Source: Octopus vulgaris (Eukaryota). Taken from it: a DNA stretch of 64,000 bases. The translations under genes and the position numbers were made by a program. This document shows, piece after piece, positions 27,894 through 40,638 of this stretch; position 1 is the first letter of the stretch, and each line of letters begins with the position of its first letter. Below the pieces are notes generated by a model. It was given only the letters and a program-made list of their open reading frames with translations, was not told the origin of the DNA and ran no database searches. The stretch is taken from assembly GCA_951406725.2 (NCBI GenBank), contig OX597827.1, positions 58,962,001-59,026,000 of the forward strand, in the 5' to 3' direction.

Positions 27894-30130
27894 CTGAACA
27901 ACAATATTAAAAGGAAACAAATTAACAAATTAAATAAAATTAATGAACAGTTATGAAAAATGAATTTATATTTTAGTTTGTTTTTTTTTTCTAGTCATGA
28001 AGCAACAATAAGATATTTGTTCCTTCTCGAGCTATGCCTGGCTCATAAAGGCCGGTTTCCTGGTTTCCTTGGCGTGTAGGCTCCCCACCTGGACAGGACG
28101 CCAGTCCGTCGCAGGTGAGCTGCAAGATGCAGAAGGAAACAGCGAGAGAAAGTTGTGGCGAAAGAGTCAGCAGAAGTTTGCCAAGTCTGCTGGAGCTGCG
28201 TGGAGCTTTGGTGTTTCGCTCGTAAACATACACATTTGCCTGCTCTGAGATTCAAACCCACGATCCCTCAACCGCGAGTCCGCTGCTCTAACCACTAGGC
28301 CATGTGCTTCCACAACAACAAGATGCAGAAGTCGAGAATGGAAGATAAAATTAGAAACTGAAGATTTAACAGCTGCTATTTTTTTTATTTATTTCATGAA
28401 TCTGAAAAACATGTGACCTAATGTTTAAGCTGTTAGGCTCACAACCATAAGGTTACAAGTTCAATTTTTCAAATGAGTGTTGCATTGTGATTATGGGCTT
28501 CATTTAATGTGGCTCCAATCCACTAAGCTGAAATGAATCACATCTCCTGCAGAGTAGTACCTTGCACACTATTAATAATAATTAACTCTCTAGCATTCAA
28601 ACCAGCCATCATCATCATCATCATCATCGTTTAACATCCGTTCTCCATGCTAGCATGGGTTGGACGGTTCGACCGGGGATCTGGGAAGCCAGAAGGCTGC
28701 ACCAGGCTCCAGTCTTATCTGGCAATGTTTCTACAGCTGGATGCCCTTCCTAACGCCAACCACTCCGTGAGTGTAGTGGGTGCTTTTTACGAGCCACCCG
28801 CACAGGTGCCAGGCGAGGCTGGCAACGGCCACGGTCGGATTGGTGCATTTTACGTGCCACCGGCATGGAAGCCAGTCGAGGCGGCACTGGCTTCAGCCAC
28901 CATATCTGGGCAAAATATTCTATCTGCTTTATGTCCAAACTGGCTAAATCTGGCTCTTCACACCTACCTTAGAATGTTATTCTAAAAATAAACAACCACA
29001 TCATCTAACTCTTGAAGCTATAATATTATTCATGATTAATTCAAAACAATGTGAATAAAAAAGTATTACATTTGTTAGAATAATCTGAATATTCCCAATA
29101 TTAAGGGTTAAAATGATCTGAATATTAAGGGTCATGAAAATGCAAGGAACCAATGGCCTTTTATCATCCACAAAGAATGATAAAGAAAGAATGTGTATAT
29201 TATGAGCCAGCACAATTGTTTGTACATTAGTGGCTTAGTGGCATTTTTTCCAGCTCTATACATTGTTGGGTGAGTGTTTTCGCTCAATAAACACACACAA
29301 TGCCTGGTCTGGGAATCGAAACCACGATCTTCCGACTGTGAGTCAGCTGCCCTAACCACTGGGCCATTGCGCCTCCACAAAATGGCAATAACAAGGATAA
29401 TAAAGATTGAAAATGTCTGTAATAATGAGAAAGACGCTGATAATGGCAATGATAGTTACATGATAGAAAAGCTCTTACACTGGCATTAATGATGATGATG
29501 ATGATGATGATGTTAATGACGATGACAACAATGATTATGAATGATGACAACAATGGCAACAACAACAAGGATGAGGAAGAAGTGAAAGTAATATGGAAAA
29601 TTATGCAGATGAATGAGGTAATGATGTGAAAGCAATAATGATGATGATGATGGCAGTTGTAGTAAGAGCAATTGTGATACAATTCCACTGTTGTTTAACT
29701 AAATTCCATTGTGCTGTCTGACTGGCACCTGTGCCGGTGGTATGCAAAAAGCACCATTTGTGTGTGGCTGATACCAGTGCTGCCTGACTGGCACCCATGC
29801 TGGAGGCATGTAAAAATCACCCACCAGACTCTTGGAGTGTAGAAACTTAGCCAAATCAGATTGGGGCCTGGTGCAGCCTCCCGACTTACCGGTTCTCAGT
29901 CAAACTGTCCAACCCATGCCAGTATGGAAAGCAAACATTAAACGACAACGATGATGATAATCATCATCATCATCATTATCGATAGCAATAAAATTATGAT
30001 ATCAAAGCACAGCTGTATTCATCATGACCATCAACCACATTTTTTTTTATCCTTATCATCATCATTATTATTGCCAATAACATTGTTGATAATAAAGACA
30101 CTACAGTTACATGATAGAAAAAGGTCTTAC

Positions 30131-30279
30131 ACTGGCATTAATTTCTTGCTGAGGGAATATTTAACAAAGTCTTGATGTGTTTGAACACTGTAGTTTAATG
30201 TTTCACCATGAAGGACTAAATACTTGAGACTTGTTAACAAATAAAAGCAGACATCCACATCCGGGTCAGAGCACAAACC
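30131..30279 (-). CDS. unc-79: UNC79 exon: GLCSDPDVDVCFYLLTSLKYLVLHGETLNYSV...KKLMP(V)
   Basis: cttacag acceptor, GT|gtaag donor, 149 nt, phase 0 to 2; LK.L.LHGE motif. Confidence 0.92.
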
Positions 30280-30497
30280 CTGTAAGTAGCAGAAAACATT
30301 TCAGGAATATAGGAATACATATATATATATGAAATTCAAAATAAAAAATGTCTTTGCATCACAAATGTTTTTGTATAATAGTTCTATTGAAAATATATTG
30401 TTCAATGCATTTATAATATTAGTCTGACATACATAACACAAGTAAAAATGAGACAAGGAATGGAAAAGGATCACATGTTATTTTGAGATTTACATAT

Positions 30498-31203
30498 ACT
30501 CTTTTCCTCTTTTACTTGTTTCAGTCATTTGACAGTGACCATGCTGGAGCACCGCCTTTAATCAAGCAAATCGACCCAAGGTGTTATTCTTTGTATGCCT
30601 AGTACTTATTCTATCGGTCGCTTTGCTAAACTACTAAGTTACGGGGACGTAAATACACCAGCATCGGTTGTCAAGCAATGTTGGGGGAACAAACAGACAC
30701 ACAAACACATATATATATATATAAGATGGGCTTCTTTCAGTTTCCTTCAACCAAATCCACTCACAAGGCTTTGGTCGGCCCAAGGCTATAGTAGAAGACA
30801 CTTGCCCAAAGTTCACACAGTGGAACTGAACTCAGAATCATGTGGTTGGTAAGCAAGCTACATACCACATGGTTCTGGGTACAGTCCCACTACGTGGCAC
30901 CCAGGGCAAGTGTCTTCAACTATAGCCTCGGGCCGACCAAACCCTTGTGAGTGGATTTGGTAGAGAGAAACTGAAGAAGCCCATCGTATATATGCATATG
31001 TGTGTGTGTGTGTGTATGTGTGTGTTTGTCCCCTCCAACATCGCTTGACAACCAATACTGGTGTGTTTACATCCCCATAACTTAGCAGTTCGGCAAAAGA
31101 GACCGATAGAATAAGTCTTGGAGGGGTCGATTTGCTTGACTAAATGCGGTGCTCCAGCCTGGCTGCAGTCAAATGACTGAAACAAGCAAAAGAGTAAAAG
31201 AGT
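30498..31203. mobile_element. head-to-head inverted pair of family A SINEs
   Basis: Minus copy ~30498-30858 abuts plus copy ~30866-31203. Confidence 0.85.
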
Positions 31204-31261
31204 GTTTTTAGAAGCAAGTAAACAAACAAATTGACCAAAGAAGAAATAGAAGCCTTCTCAC

Positions 31262-31386
31262 CTGTAACAGTGAATTGTAGAGTTGCAAATAAATTGGCAT
31301 GCCTGCTATAAAAAAGTCATATTTCGGGCTCTCTTGGAGGTGTGGTGCCATTTTTTCTTGACCACTGCTGCTACTAGAATCGCTTG
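31262..31386 (-). CDS. unc-79: UNC79 exon: ASDSSSSSGQEKMAPHLQESPKYDFFIAGMPIYLQLYNSLLQ
   Basis: ttttatttccag acceptor (present in four tandem copies), CAG|gtgag donor, 125 nt, phase 1 to 0. Confidence 0.88.
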
Positions 31387-31611
31387 CTGGAAATAAAACA
31401 GATTTTTGTACTAAATTTTTTCTTGACCACTGCTGCTACTAGAATCACTTGCTGGGAATAAAACAGATTTTTGTACTAAATTTTTTCTTGACCACTGCTG
31501 CTACTAGAATCACTTGCTGGAAATAAAACAGATTTTTGTACTAAATTTTTTCTTGACCACTGCTGCTACTAGAATCGCTTGCTGGAAATAAAACAGATTT
31601 TTGTACTAAAT
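31350..31611. repeat. 4 x 65-bp tandem repeat spanning an unc-79 intron/exon junction
   Basis: Unit attttttcttgaccactgctgctactagaatc(g/a)cttgctgg(a/g)aataaaacagatttttgtactaa starting at 31350, 31415, 31480, 31545. Confidence 0.95.
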
Positions 31612-32058
31612 AACTGGTATTTATTTAATCGACCCTGAAAAGATGAAAGGCAAAGTCGACCTTGGCAGAATTTGAACTCAGAATGTAGCAGCAGACAAAA
31701 TACCGCTAAGCATTTCGCCCAGCGTGCTAACGATTCTGCCAGCTCGCCACCCTGAACAGCACCTATACCAGTGCCACATAAAAAGGCCCTTGCTGGTGCC
31801 ATGTAAAATGTGCCTAGCATACTCTATAAAATGGTTGGCATTAGGAAGGGAATCTAGCCATAGAAACCAAGCCAAATCAGACTGGAACCTTGTTGACAAT
31901 TCTCCTGCTGGTCAAACTGTCCAACCCATTCCAGTATCGAAAATGGATGTTAAATGATAATGATGATAATGGCTGCTTGGTGACAAAAAGCCAAAAAGCA
32001 ATACATATAGAAAGAAAAATATTAAAAAATTTTTTTTAAATAAACTCTTTTTAACTAC

Positions 32059-32344
32059 CTTTCGAATGTGCTGTAGACACAGATGATAGATTATCAAGCT
32101 TGGGTAACTCTTTTGCAGGGATCTTAGCAACATCACGTGGGCATATGTAGTGCAATATCTTTGAAGACATTTGATACCACATGGCAATATTCTGACAGTA
32201 GAGGCAGTTGATAGACTGGTGTTCCTCGCTGCATGTATGTGTGCCATCCCATGGCCCATCGAGGGTTGTTGACAGGAGATGCATCAGCTGTTGACTTGTC
32301 TCATTATAAATTCCTAGATTTCGTGGAGTTTCTTGTAATTCCAG
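32059..32344 (-). CDS. unc-79: UNC79 exon: LELQETPRNLG...PWDGTHTC...CLYCQNIAMWYQ...STAHSK
   Basis: ttgtgtag acceptor, G|gtagt donor, 286 nt, phase 0 to 1. Confidence 0.93.
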
Positions 32345-32504
32345 CTACACAAATGATGATTGGGGGAAAAAAAGTAGAAAGAAAAACAATTTACATATAT
32401 ACACATACTTATATATATATATACATACATATATACACATACATACATACACATACATCTATACACATACATAAATGCACATGCATACACATATATACAC
32501 ATCA

Positions 32505-33498
32505 ATAAATACTTGCCATTACATCTTTAATCAACCAAATATGAACCATTTTGTTGCACAATGCGTCTCCATCTTTCCTTAACTTGAATATACCCTCCTC
32601 CAAGAATTGAGGTGGTTTCATGGCAAAGAATTCATCAAGGTATCTTTTTACGTCATCCAAGGAATAGAAATATTTGCCCTTAAGACTATTCTGCAGAGAC
32701 CTGAATAAGACCTGAATCAGGCATTTGCCATATTCTGAATGCCTTACTTCCCTGGGCGTGGACACATTGAAACTCCGACGTCTGGCAGCTGACTTGGCAG
32801 ACACCCATAAAATTATCAATCATCTTACAAACAATGACTCTGAGCACCTTTTCAAACTCCACCTGTCTAACATCCGTGGACAAATTTACAAAGTCAGAAA
32901 ACAGCACAGCTCCCATGACTTTCAGAAACATTTTTTCACGCTAAGAGTTGCTGAAGCATGGAACAGACTGCCGGCATCAGTTGTTAGTTGTCAGAGCACT
33001 GCATCCTTCAAAACTTCCATGCTTTCTGAGATTCGCCAACACTACACCTGATTTTCTCCCCTCCATACACACGCAAGCATGTATCTGACTCATACACTGT
33101 TTGCTTTCCAGACATTTGTACATTACTGCATATACTTTATATGCACTTTTTGACAAGTTGTGGTGCACCTGAGCACTGTATACAATAATTTCATTATATA
33201 TTATATAAGTGGAAATCTGAAGGAGCAATATCTGGTGAATATGGACGTGGGGTAACACATCCCAGCTGGTTCCCAGAGCATCAAGTGCCGAAAATGAACT
33301 TTCTCATCTTCCATTTTAAAGGGTTACAGAATTAACACAGGTTATAGGAACATAAACCTTCTTCCACGAAAAGATAATTTAAACTGTGCTCTAAATGGAG
33401 GTGTAGTCAAATCCTATTTTATGGACTCAACGATATTCTAAAATAAGTTGAAAGGTAAGCTACTATGAATCGGCACAAACTTTCTGGACAACCCAATA
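32505..33498 (-). mobile_element. internally deleted mariner element interrupted by a CR1/L2-like LINE 3' fragment (32710-33204, +)
   Basis: MEDEKVHFRHLML joined directly to WDVLPH.PYSPDIAPSDFHL, continuing as LFRSLQNSL...LDEFFA on the other side of the LINE; short ataag duplication; LINE reads LKLRRLAADL...FFTLRVAEAWNRLP. Confidence 0.85.
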
Positions 33499-33833
33499 TA
33501 TACACACACAGGGGACAAACACTGGCATAAAGACACACACATATAGATATATACATATATAAATGATGATGATGTATGTATATGTATATGTGTGTATGTG
33601 TGTGTCCTTGTGTCTGTGTTTGTTCTCCACCACTACTTGACAACTGGTGTTGGTGTGTTTACATCCCCGTAACTCAACGATTTTGCAAAAGACAGCGACA
33701 GAATAAGTGTCAGACTGAAATAAAATAAGTACTGGGGTCGATTCGTTCAACTAAAATATCTTCAAAATATCTTCCAGCATGGCCGCAGTCTAATGACTGA
33801 AACAAGTAAAAGATAAGAGAAAGCTATGCAAAC

Positions 33834-34115
33834 CTGTTTCAAGAGAATGTCTAACATCATAAGGAAGCAGGGTAGATGCAATTCTGTCTCTCGTTCGAAT
33901 AAGTCAACAGTCTCATTCATGGTTTTGGACCTCTCAGGACTAAATTGGGGTAAGTATTCTTCGACAGGGGAAGCAGGTGACAGTAGTGACTGAGAGGCCA
34001 GGTCTCTTCCAGAGGATGCTTTAGAAGGATCAGAACGATGAAGGAATTCTACACCATTTTTGAACATTTTCAGGAGCAGATGAATCGGAATAATGATGTC
34101 CAAGGAAGACAATAC
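33834..34115 (-). CDS. unc-79: UNC79 exon: VLSSLDIIIPIHLLLKMFKNGV...LHLPCFLMMLDILLKQ
   Basis: tttttacag acceptor, CAG|gtttg donor, 282 nt, phase 0 to 0. Confidence 0.94.
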
Positions 34116-34842
34116 CTGTAAAAATTGAAAACAAAAGGAATATCTAAATTCTTGCATTTATATAATTTTTTTTTTTTACCATTTGCATTGCAGAAGCACT
34201 TCAGATTTCCACAAGAGTGAAAACACGTAGCGCAGTGGTTAAGCTGTTGCATTTATGATTGCTAGATCATGGATTTAATTCCCAGTATGGGAAGCACATT
34301 GTGTTCTTGAGCAAAATACTTCATTCCACATTGCTCCAGTCACCCTTTTGATCAGGAATGTTAGCCTAGTCACCTTGCCAGTTGGGTGGTGTCATTAAAA
34401 GGCTAAAATGATGCAAAGCGCATTGTGACTAGCGATGTGTAATAACATCTGATAATCTCAATTCCAGCCGGGAATTAAACTCACAACCTCACAATTGTAA
34501 GCTCGATGCTCTAACCACTGAGCCATGCACCTTCACTAGCCCTCAGTAGTAATAATAATATTAATAATAATAATTATAATAATCATAATAATAATAATAA
34601 TAATAGTAATCATCACCATCATTGTTTAACGTCCACTTTCCATGCTAGCATGGGCTCAAATCGTCCAACCCATGCTAGCATGGAAAGCGGACGTTAAACG
34701 ATGATGATGATGATTACTACTACTATTATTATTATTATTATTATTGCTGAGGGCTAGTGAAGGTGCATGGCTCAGTGGTTAGAGCGTCGAACTTACGTAA
34801 TGATAATGATAATAATAATGATGATGATGATGATGATCCTAC

Positions 34843-34966
34843 CTGAAGCCATTGTAGTGATTGTTCTTGAACATAAGCACTGCCATCATGGAATCTTTCA
34901 GACACAAAGTGGTACATACGTTCCAATGTGAATGGTAAAGGGCACATGTCAATGTCAAATGCTTTG
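34843..34966 (-). CDS. unc-79: UNC79 exon: KAFDIDMCPLPFTLERMYHFVSERF...VQEQSLQWLQ
   Basis: cttcacag acceptor, CAG|gtagg donor, 124 nt, phase 2 to 0. Confidence 0.95.
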
Positions 34967-36083
34967 CTGTGAAGCAGAAATGAAAAAAAAAAGAAAGTAA
35001 GAAAAAGGTTACTTGTTTACTGAGTAATGATTGTTGGTAGTCTTCTTTTTTTCTTCATCACCACCTCCACCATTCACCACAACCACCCTCCTCCTCATCA
35101 TTATCATCATCATATAACATCCAATTTCTATACGGACATAGGTTGGATGGTTTGACAGGATCCACCGTCAGCTTTGGCATGGTTTCTATGTCCTGCTACC
35201 CTTCCTAAAGCCGTAGAGTCTTGTCATACTCAATACTGTCAGTATGTAGTTAGAGAGTCTGTCTCTAGCATGAGATCAAAGCTGACATCTCCAAATAGAT
35301 ATAGCATATCAGATTCTGGCTAGTACTGCATTATATATATGTATATATACATGTGTGTTTATGTATATGTTATCTCCCCTACTGTCCCTCTCGCGTCTGA
35401 CCACTGTCTGAAGTCAGGACGCCATGATAGATCGTTAGCTCCTACATGCATTTTTTTCTCTCCTTTTTTTTCTGTGTATCTTTCAGTCAAAGAGCGTAGG
35501 CTCGAAATGTAAAAGACTTGTTCTATTTCTATTCCTGAGCGCCATACTAATACATTTGTTTGTTTGTACTCCACCTGCCTTCGTTTTTTTGTTTATTTTC
35601 GTAAACCTTCCCGTTATATATATATATATATATATATATTTTGTGGCGACATTCACCCTGGGCATGTTGAGTCGGCTTCTTCTATCACCCTCGAGGCAGC
35701 CCAAGCACGACGGTCCTGCGCCAGTTCACTGGAGATAGCGAGCCAGTTGGTTGCTTAGCTTGTGCAGCTCACTTTCATTCCAAATGACACATGTTGGATG
35801 TTTTCCTGATTGAAGAGTGAGAGAGCTGGAAAGACACCTGCCTCTCTCCTCACAATCACCTAAGTTGCCAAAACTTTGCAAAAGCATAGCACTTGCAACC
35901 AAGTAATCTTAAATCATGAATGATGGTTAGTGTGTGGATACATGTGCTTGTGTGTGTGTGGAAACACCAAGTCCAGTGCCCATTAAGCAATCAGCTTCTG
36001 TATCAGAACTACCACAATCCTTACCTTTACAGAATATTAACACTCTAGGAATTTAGAAAATAAAAATAGTGGTGCGGACTTAC

Positions 36084-36172
36084 TTTAAAAGGACTTTTAA
36101 TTCATTCAATTCATCCAAAGGGACTTCAGTACGAATTGCCTCAAGCCAATAGGGCATCACATAATCCCATAT
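36084..36172 (-). CDS. unc-79: UNC79 exon: IWDYVMPYWLEAIRTEVPLDELNELKVLL(N)
   Basis: tttacag acceptor, AA|gtaag donor, 89 nt, phase 0 to 2. Confidence 0.95.
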
Positions 36173-36250
36173 CTGTAAACAAAATCAAGATGGTTTCATT
36201 TTAAAGTTTGGTGATCTTCTACTCACTAAAACAATGCTCATTCTGATTAA

Positions 36251-36471
36251 CCCTTTCATTATGAACCCAGCTGAAACCAGCTCTGGCTCTGAGTACAGAT
36301 GTCATGTTTTCATAAGTTTTGAATTAAAATCTTCCACCAAACCTTAGTTACAATTTAATGTTCCTAACACTAGCTGAATGATGACTAAGTTATTTTACTA
36401 AATTCTTTGTTATATTTAAAGTAATTGAAAGAAACACAGAGCATCTCAAAATAAATACAGTAACAAAAGGG
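36251..36471. mobile_element. piggyBac-like MITE
   Basis: TTAA|CCCTTT...AAAAGGG|TTAA. Confidence 0.65.
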
Positions 36472-36677
36472 TTAACAGCAACTCTTTCACTTAACTTTCT
36501 CTATTAAGTAATATATCAACATATCATATTCTACCTTTATTGATGCGAGAAATGTCTCTTAAACTCCAACAAGGTTTTTAAAAGTCTCTGGATTATAAAT
36601 ATGTATCTATTATTCCATGTGCATCTTGTATTCTCCTCACTCTCTTCCACACACACACAGAGTTTATAGGAGTTATA

Positions 36678-37192
36678 CAGGGTGTCCCCAAACATTTGAC
36701 ATCATTTCATAGTTTAATAACATAGCCAATTCTCACTCAAATGATCTCAAATTTTAACAAAATGTGTAAAATCTAAGTTTGGATCGAGTATGCCAGTGAC
36801 AACGACAATGTGCTGTTGAAATGGTCACCACATTCACCTGACTCAACAAAAATGTGATGTTTTTCTATGGGACTATGTGCAAGAACTGGTCTATATCCCC
36901 ACTCTTCCTACAAGCCTCGAGGAACTAAAGCAGAAAATCACTGAGGTGCTGGAGATGTTATGCAAGACATGCTACAGTGTATTTGGTAGGAGCTGAACTA
37001 CTGACTTGAAGCCCTGTGAAGCTTTGTGAAATCGGTTATAAAATCTACATCCTTCTGAATCTCAAGTTTGAATTTTGATAAATAAATATTTTATTGTTCA
37101 ACATGAAGCCTAGTTAGTTTCATTTGCTTTTGGACATGTAGTTACTCAGATATTCACATTTCAAATGATGTCGATTTTTGGGGGATATCCTG
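36678..37192 (+). mobile_element. Tc1/mariner-superfamily deletion derivative
   Basis: TA|CAGGGTGTCCCC...GGGGATATCCTG|TA; remnant WSPHSPD...FLWDYVQELVY. Confidence 0.7.
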
Positions 37193-37445
37193 TAATCTAA
37201 GATGTATTCTCGTGAAGCACATCTGCATGTTCTAGAAATCAAATGTAGGTATTATTTTGAATCTTTGTCTGAAGAATTACAAGTAGGAGATCCTATACAT
37301 GTTTTTTCTACATGTATACCTTTGTAACTTGTAACGCCTACCCTGTAGTGAATCATGTGTAATATGGAATTAAATATATAAAAAATTCTCTGTCTTTCAT
37401 TTTGATATATATATATATATACACAAACATATATATATGTATATA

Positions 37446-37509
<64 letters not shown>

Positions 37510-38243
37510 CATATATGTATGTATGTAATAATAATAATGGGTAAAATTAATTCATTAATAATTAAAAATTTTACCAAGTAGTTCGGCATGTTAAAAGAAC
37601 CATTATCAGTAAATTTAAACAAAAATTTTTATAATTATGAGTATAATTATAATTAAGGTTCAGCAAAAAATTTCCTTCACCACATACCGAAATTTAGAAA
37701 TAGCAGTCAAAACAGATTTTCTTATGGTAGAGAAATAGCTAGTTTTGACTGCTATTTCTAAATTTCTGTATATGGTGAAACAAATTTTTTGCTGAGCCCT
37801 AATTATGATTATACTCATAATTATAAAAATTTATGTATGTATGTATGTATATATAACAAAAAGGAATTAATAAATCCAAGCAGGTATCTAGAAAGCACTC
37901 AGTATTAAGCAAACGTGATTTTTTCCATTCTTGTTCTTGTTGCTACACCCAATTACTCTACACCATCTTAAGTGAAATGAATTTCAAGGTTGGCTGAGCA
38001 GGATTTGAACACAAAATGAAGAGGGGCAAAGTCAAATACTGAAAGACATTCAGTAAAGCATCATTAGCTAGCAGTTCAGCCATTCACTAGTATTAAACAT
38101 ATGATAATAAATAATGGAGAAGTACTTGCATAGCAAGTGACCTGATCTGAGATCGTATGCTGGAATGAAAACAATTACAGCATGGAAGGTGTTTATAAGC
38201 CATTTAAGAAACACATTAGATTCACTTCAACATTTAAATTTAA

Positions 38244-38294
38244 TTTGTCAAAATATTTTCGTCACTTTGAGACCGAGACCTGTTCACTGACAAA
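38244..38294 (-). ncRNA. hammerhead-like motif with G3:C8 core variant
   Basis: UUUGUCA-GUGAACA-G-GUCUC..GUGAC-GAAA-AUAU-U-U-UGACAAA; second copy 12628-12678 (+). Confidence 0.5.
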
Positions 38295-38360
38295 ATTCCG
38301 TGCTGCATGTGAAAAACAATGAAAACCTAACAAAGAATGAGGTGGATGTTAAAGACATAC

Positions 38361-38448
38361 CTCAAACGTAATAATGTCATAGGGTACTAAGCAAAAAAAG
38401 CAGTTCAATCCTTCTTTTATCTGAGTTGTACGTGTTGTTATTGTGTCC
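38361..38448 (-). CDS. unc-79: UNC79 exon: DTITTRTTQIKEGLNCFFCLVPYDIITFE
   Basis: tttcag acceptor, GAG|gtatg donor, 88 nt, phase 2 to 0. Confidence 0.94.
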
Positions 38449-39874
38449 CTGAAAATCAAGAAAATGAGAAAAAAAACTTTACAATAACATGTTTACAATA
38501 ACACCACCATCGTCATCACCACCAAGATTATAGGGGCTTGTCATGAAGCTTTTGCTCTCCTTATAATGTAATCCTTGAGGAAAAGTAAAAGACAGTTCTA
38601 GGAACTCTCAAAGGGTTTTTTTTAAGCACATTGAACAACATGAACAGCCAGGGTCGGCTGTTGATGTTGACAATCCACAGCCATCTATATTTGCAAAGTA
38701 AACAACCAAATTGTATGTACATATTGGTAAATTTAAAATAATTTAGTTTTTTTTCACAATTGCAAAATAATAATAATTATTGAATTTGTTTTTTAAGCTT
38801 AAAAAAGGTTTTTATTTTACTATGTCTTATAGCAAACCGCATTCATAAATAAAGCATCTGCAACATAAGGTAAGCATCGCCAAATTGTATTCATAAATTT
38901 AGATTACCTTTTTTTTTTTTACTGCTACTCTCTTTCTCTTTACTCTTTTTCTTGTTTCAGTCATTTGACTGAGGCCATGCTGGGGCACCACCTTTAGTCA
39001 ACCGAATCGACCCCAGGACTTATTCTTTGTAAGCCTAGTACTTATTCTATCGGTCTCTTTTGCCGATCCGCTAAGTTACGGGGACGTAAACACACCAGCA
39101 TCGGTTGTCAAGCGATGTTGGGGGGGGGACAAACAGACACACAAATACATATACACGTATATATATACATATACATATATGCGACGGGCTCCTTTCAGTT
39201 TCCGTCTACCAAATCCACTCACAAGGCTTTGGTCGGTCCGAGGCTATAGTAGAAGACACTTGCCCAAGCTGCCATGCAGTGGGAGTGAACCTGGGACCAT
39301 GTGGTTCGTAAGCAAGCTACTTTCCACACAGCCACTCCTTTGGCTATTCTGTTCTGTATTAAAAAATAAAAATTATTTGTTTGTAAGCTTAAAATAGGTT
39401 TTTATTAACCATGTATTACTGAAAATGCATTCATAAATAAAGTACAGAACTGGGAATGGTTATTATTGGTTTAGCCAAGAGACAAGTAAATTCAGCCTAG
39501 CCTAGCCTAGAGACAAGTTAATTCAACTTAAGTCGTGTGTTCTGGAACCAATTAACATTGTTAAATATTTCTTATTTAACCAATTAACAATGTAGGGTGA
39601 GGTATGTATGTACTGTGCTGTTGCCTACCTGATGGCTGATATCAGTGTTACTCGAGTAATATTTTAGAAAGACTATCTTTGGAAATGCTGTAAGTGAAAA
39701 CGACTTAACCAGAGGTATATGTATATATGTATGTATGTAGGTAGGTAGGTAGGTAGATAGATAAATAGAGATATATATACATACATAGATGTGTGAGTAT
39801 CTCTGTGTGTGTGTGCACGCATGCGCACATGTGCACACAGTTATACGATTGCATTAAAAAAAAAACCAACTTAC

Positions 39875-39978
39875 CAGTAACCTCCCACTCGAGCATATTC
39901 AACAGGATGGGGGAGCAAGCAGGACACTATTACTTCAAAATGAGATTTAGCAACTTTCTGAAGCCATTTTGAAATGTA
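39875..39978 (-). CDS. unc-79: UNC79 exon: YISKWLQKVAKSHFEVIVSCLLPHPVEYARVGGY(W)
   Basis: tttcag acceptor, TG|gtaag donor, 104 nt, phase 0 to 2. Confidence 0.95.
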
Positions 39979-40298
39979 CTGAAAGGAGAATTTAAAAGAC
40001 AAAAGAAATATTTCAATTATGAAGTAAATCTCAGAGTCATTCATTCATTGTATTTTAAACAACACATGGTGCTACATTAGTGTACAGACTACTGTATATA
40101 TAAATATATACATATATATACATATATATATATATATATACATACATATACATATACATATATATACATATACATATATATATACATATATATACATATA
40201 TATATACATATACATATACATATATATACATATACATATATACATATATACATATATATATACATATATACATATATATATATACATATATATACACA

Positions 40299-40358
<60 letters not shown>

Positions 40359-40597
40359 TATATACATGTATAGAGGTATGACTGCCCTCACTGCCGAAAC
40401 AGCTGTCAGTTTTGATTTAATTGCATATTATATTTGAAATTTTTTACTTATATCTCTTTATCTTTTTACTATTACTGTATATCTCATTTTGTATAATGCC
40501 TTTACTCATATGTAATGGTGTATTAAAGTATTGATTGGGTATCATCGGATAGTTGATATTTTATTGATTTAAGTATGTTTCTCCACTAATTTTGTAG

Positions 40598-40638
<41 letters not shown>

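Noticed and set aside
31350-31611. Regular repeat array superficially like a CRISPR
   Set aside because: Head-to-tail units with no unique spacers, eukaryotic context, and derived from an exon junction.
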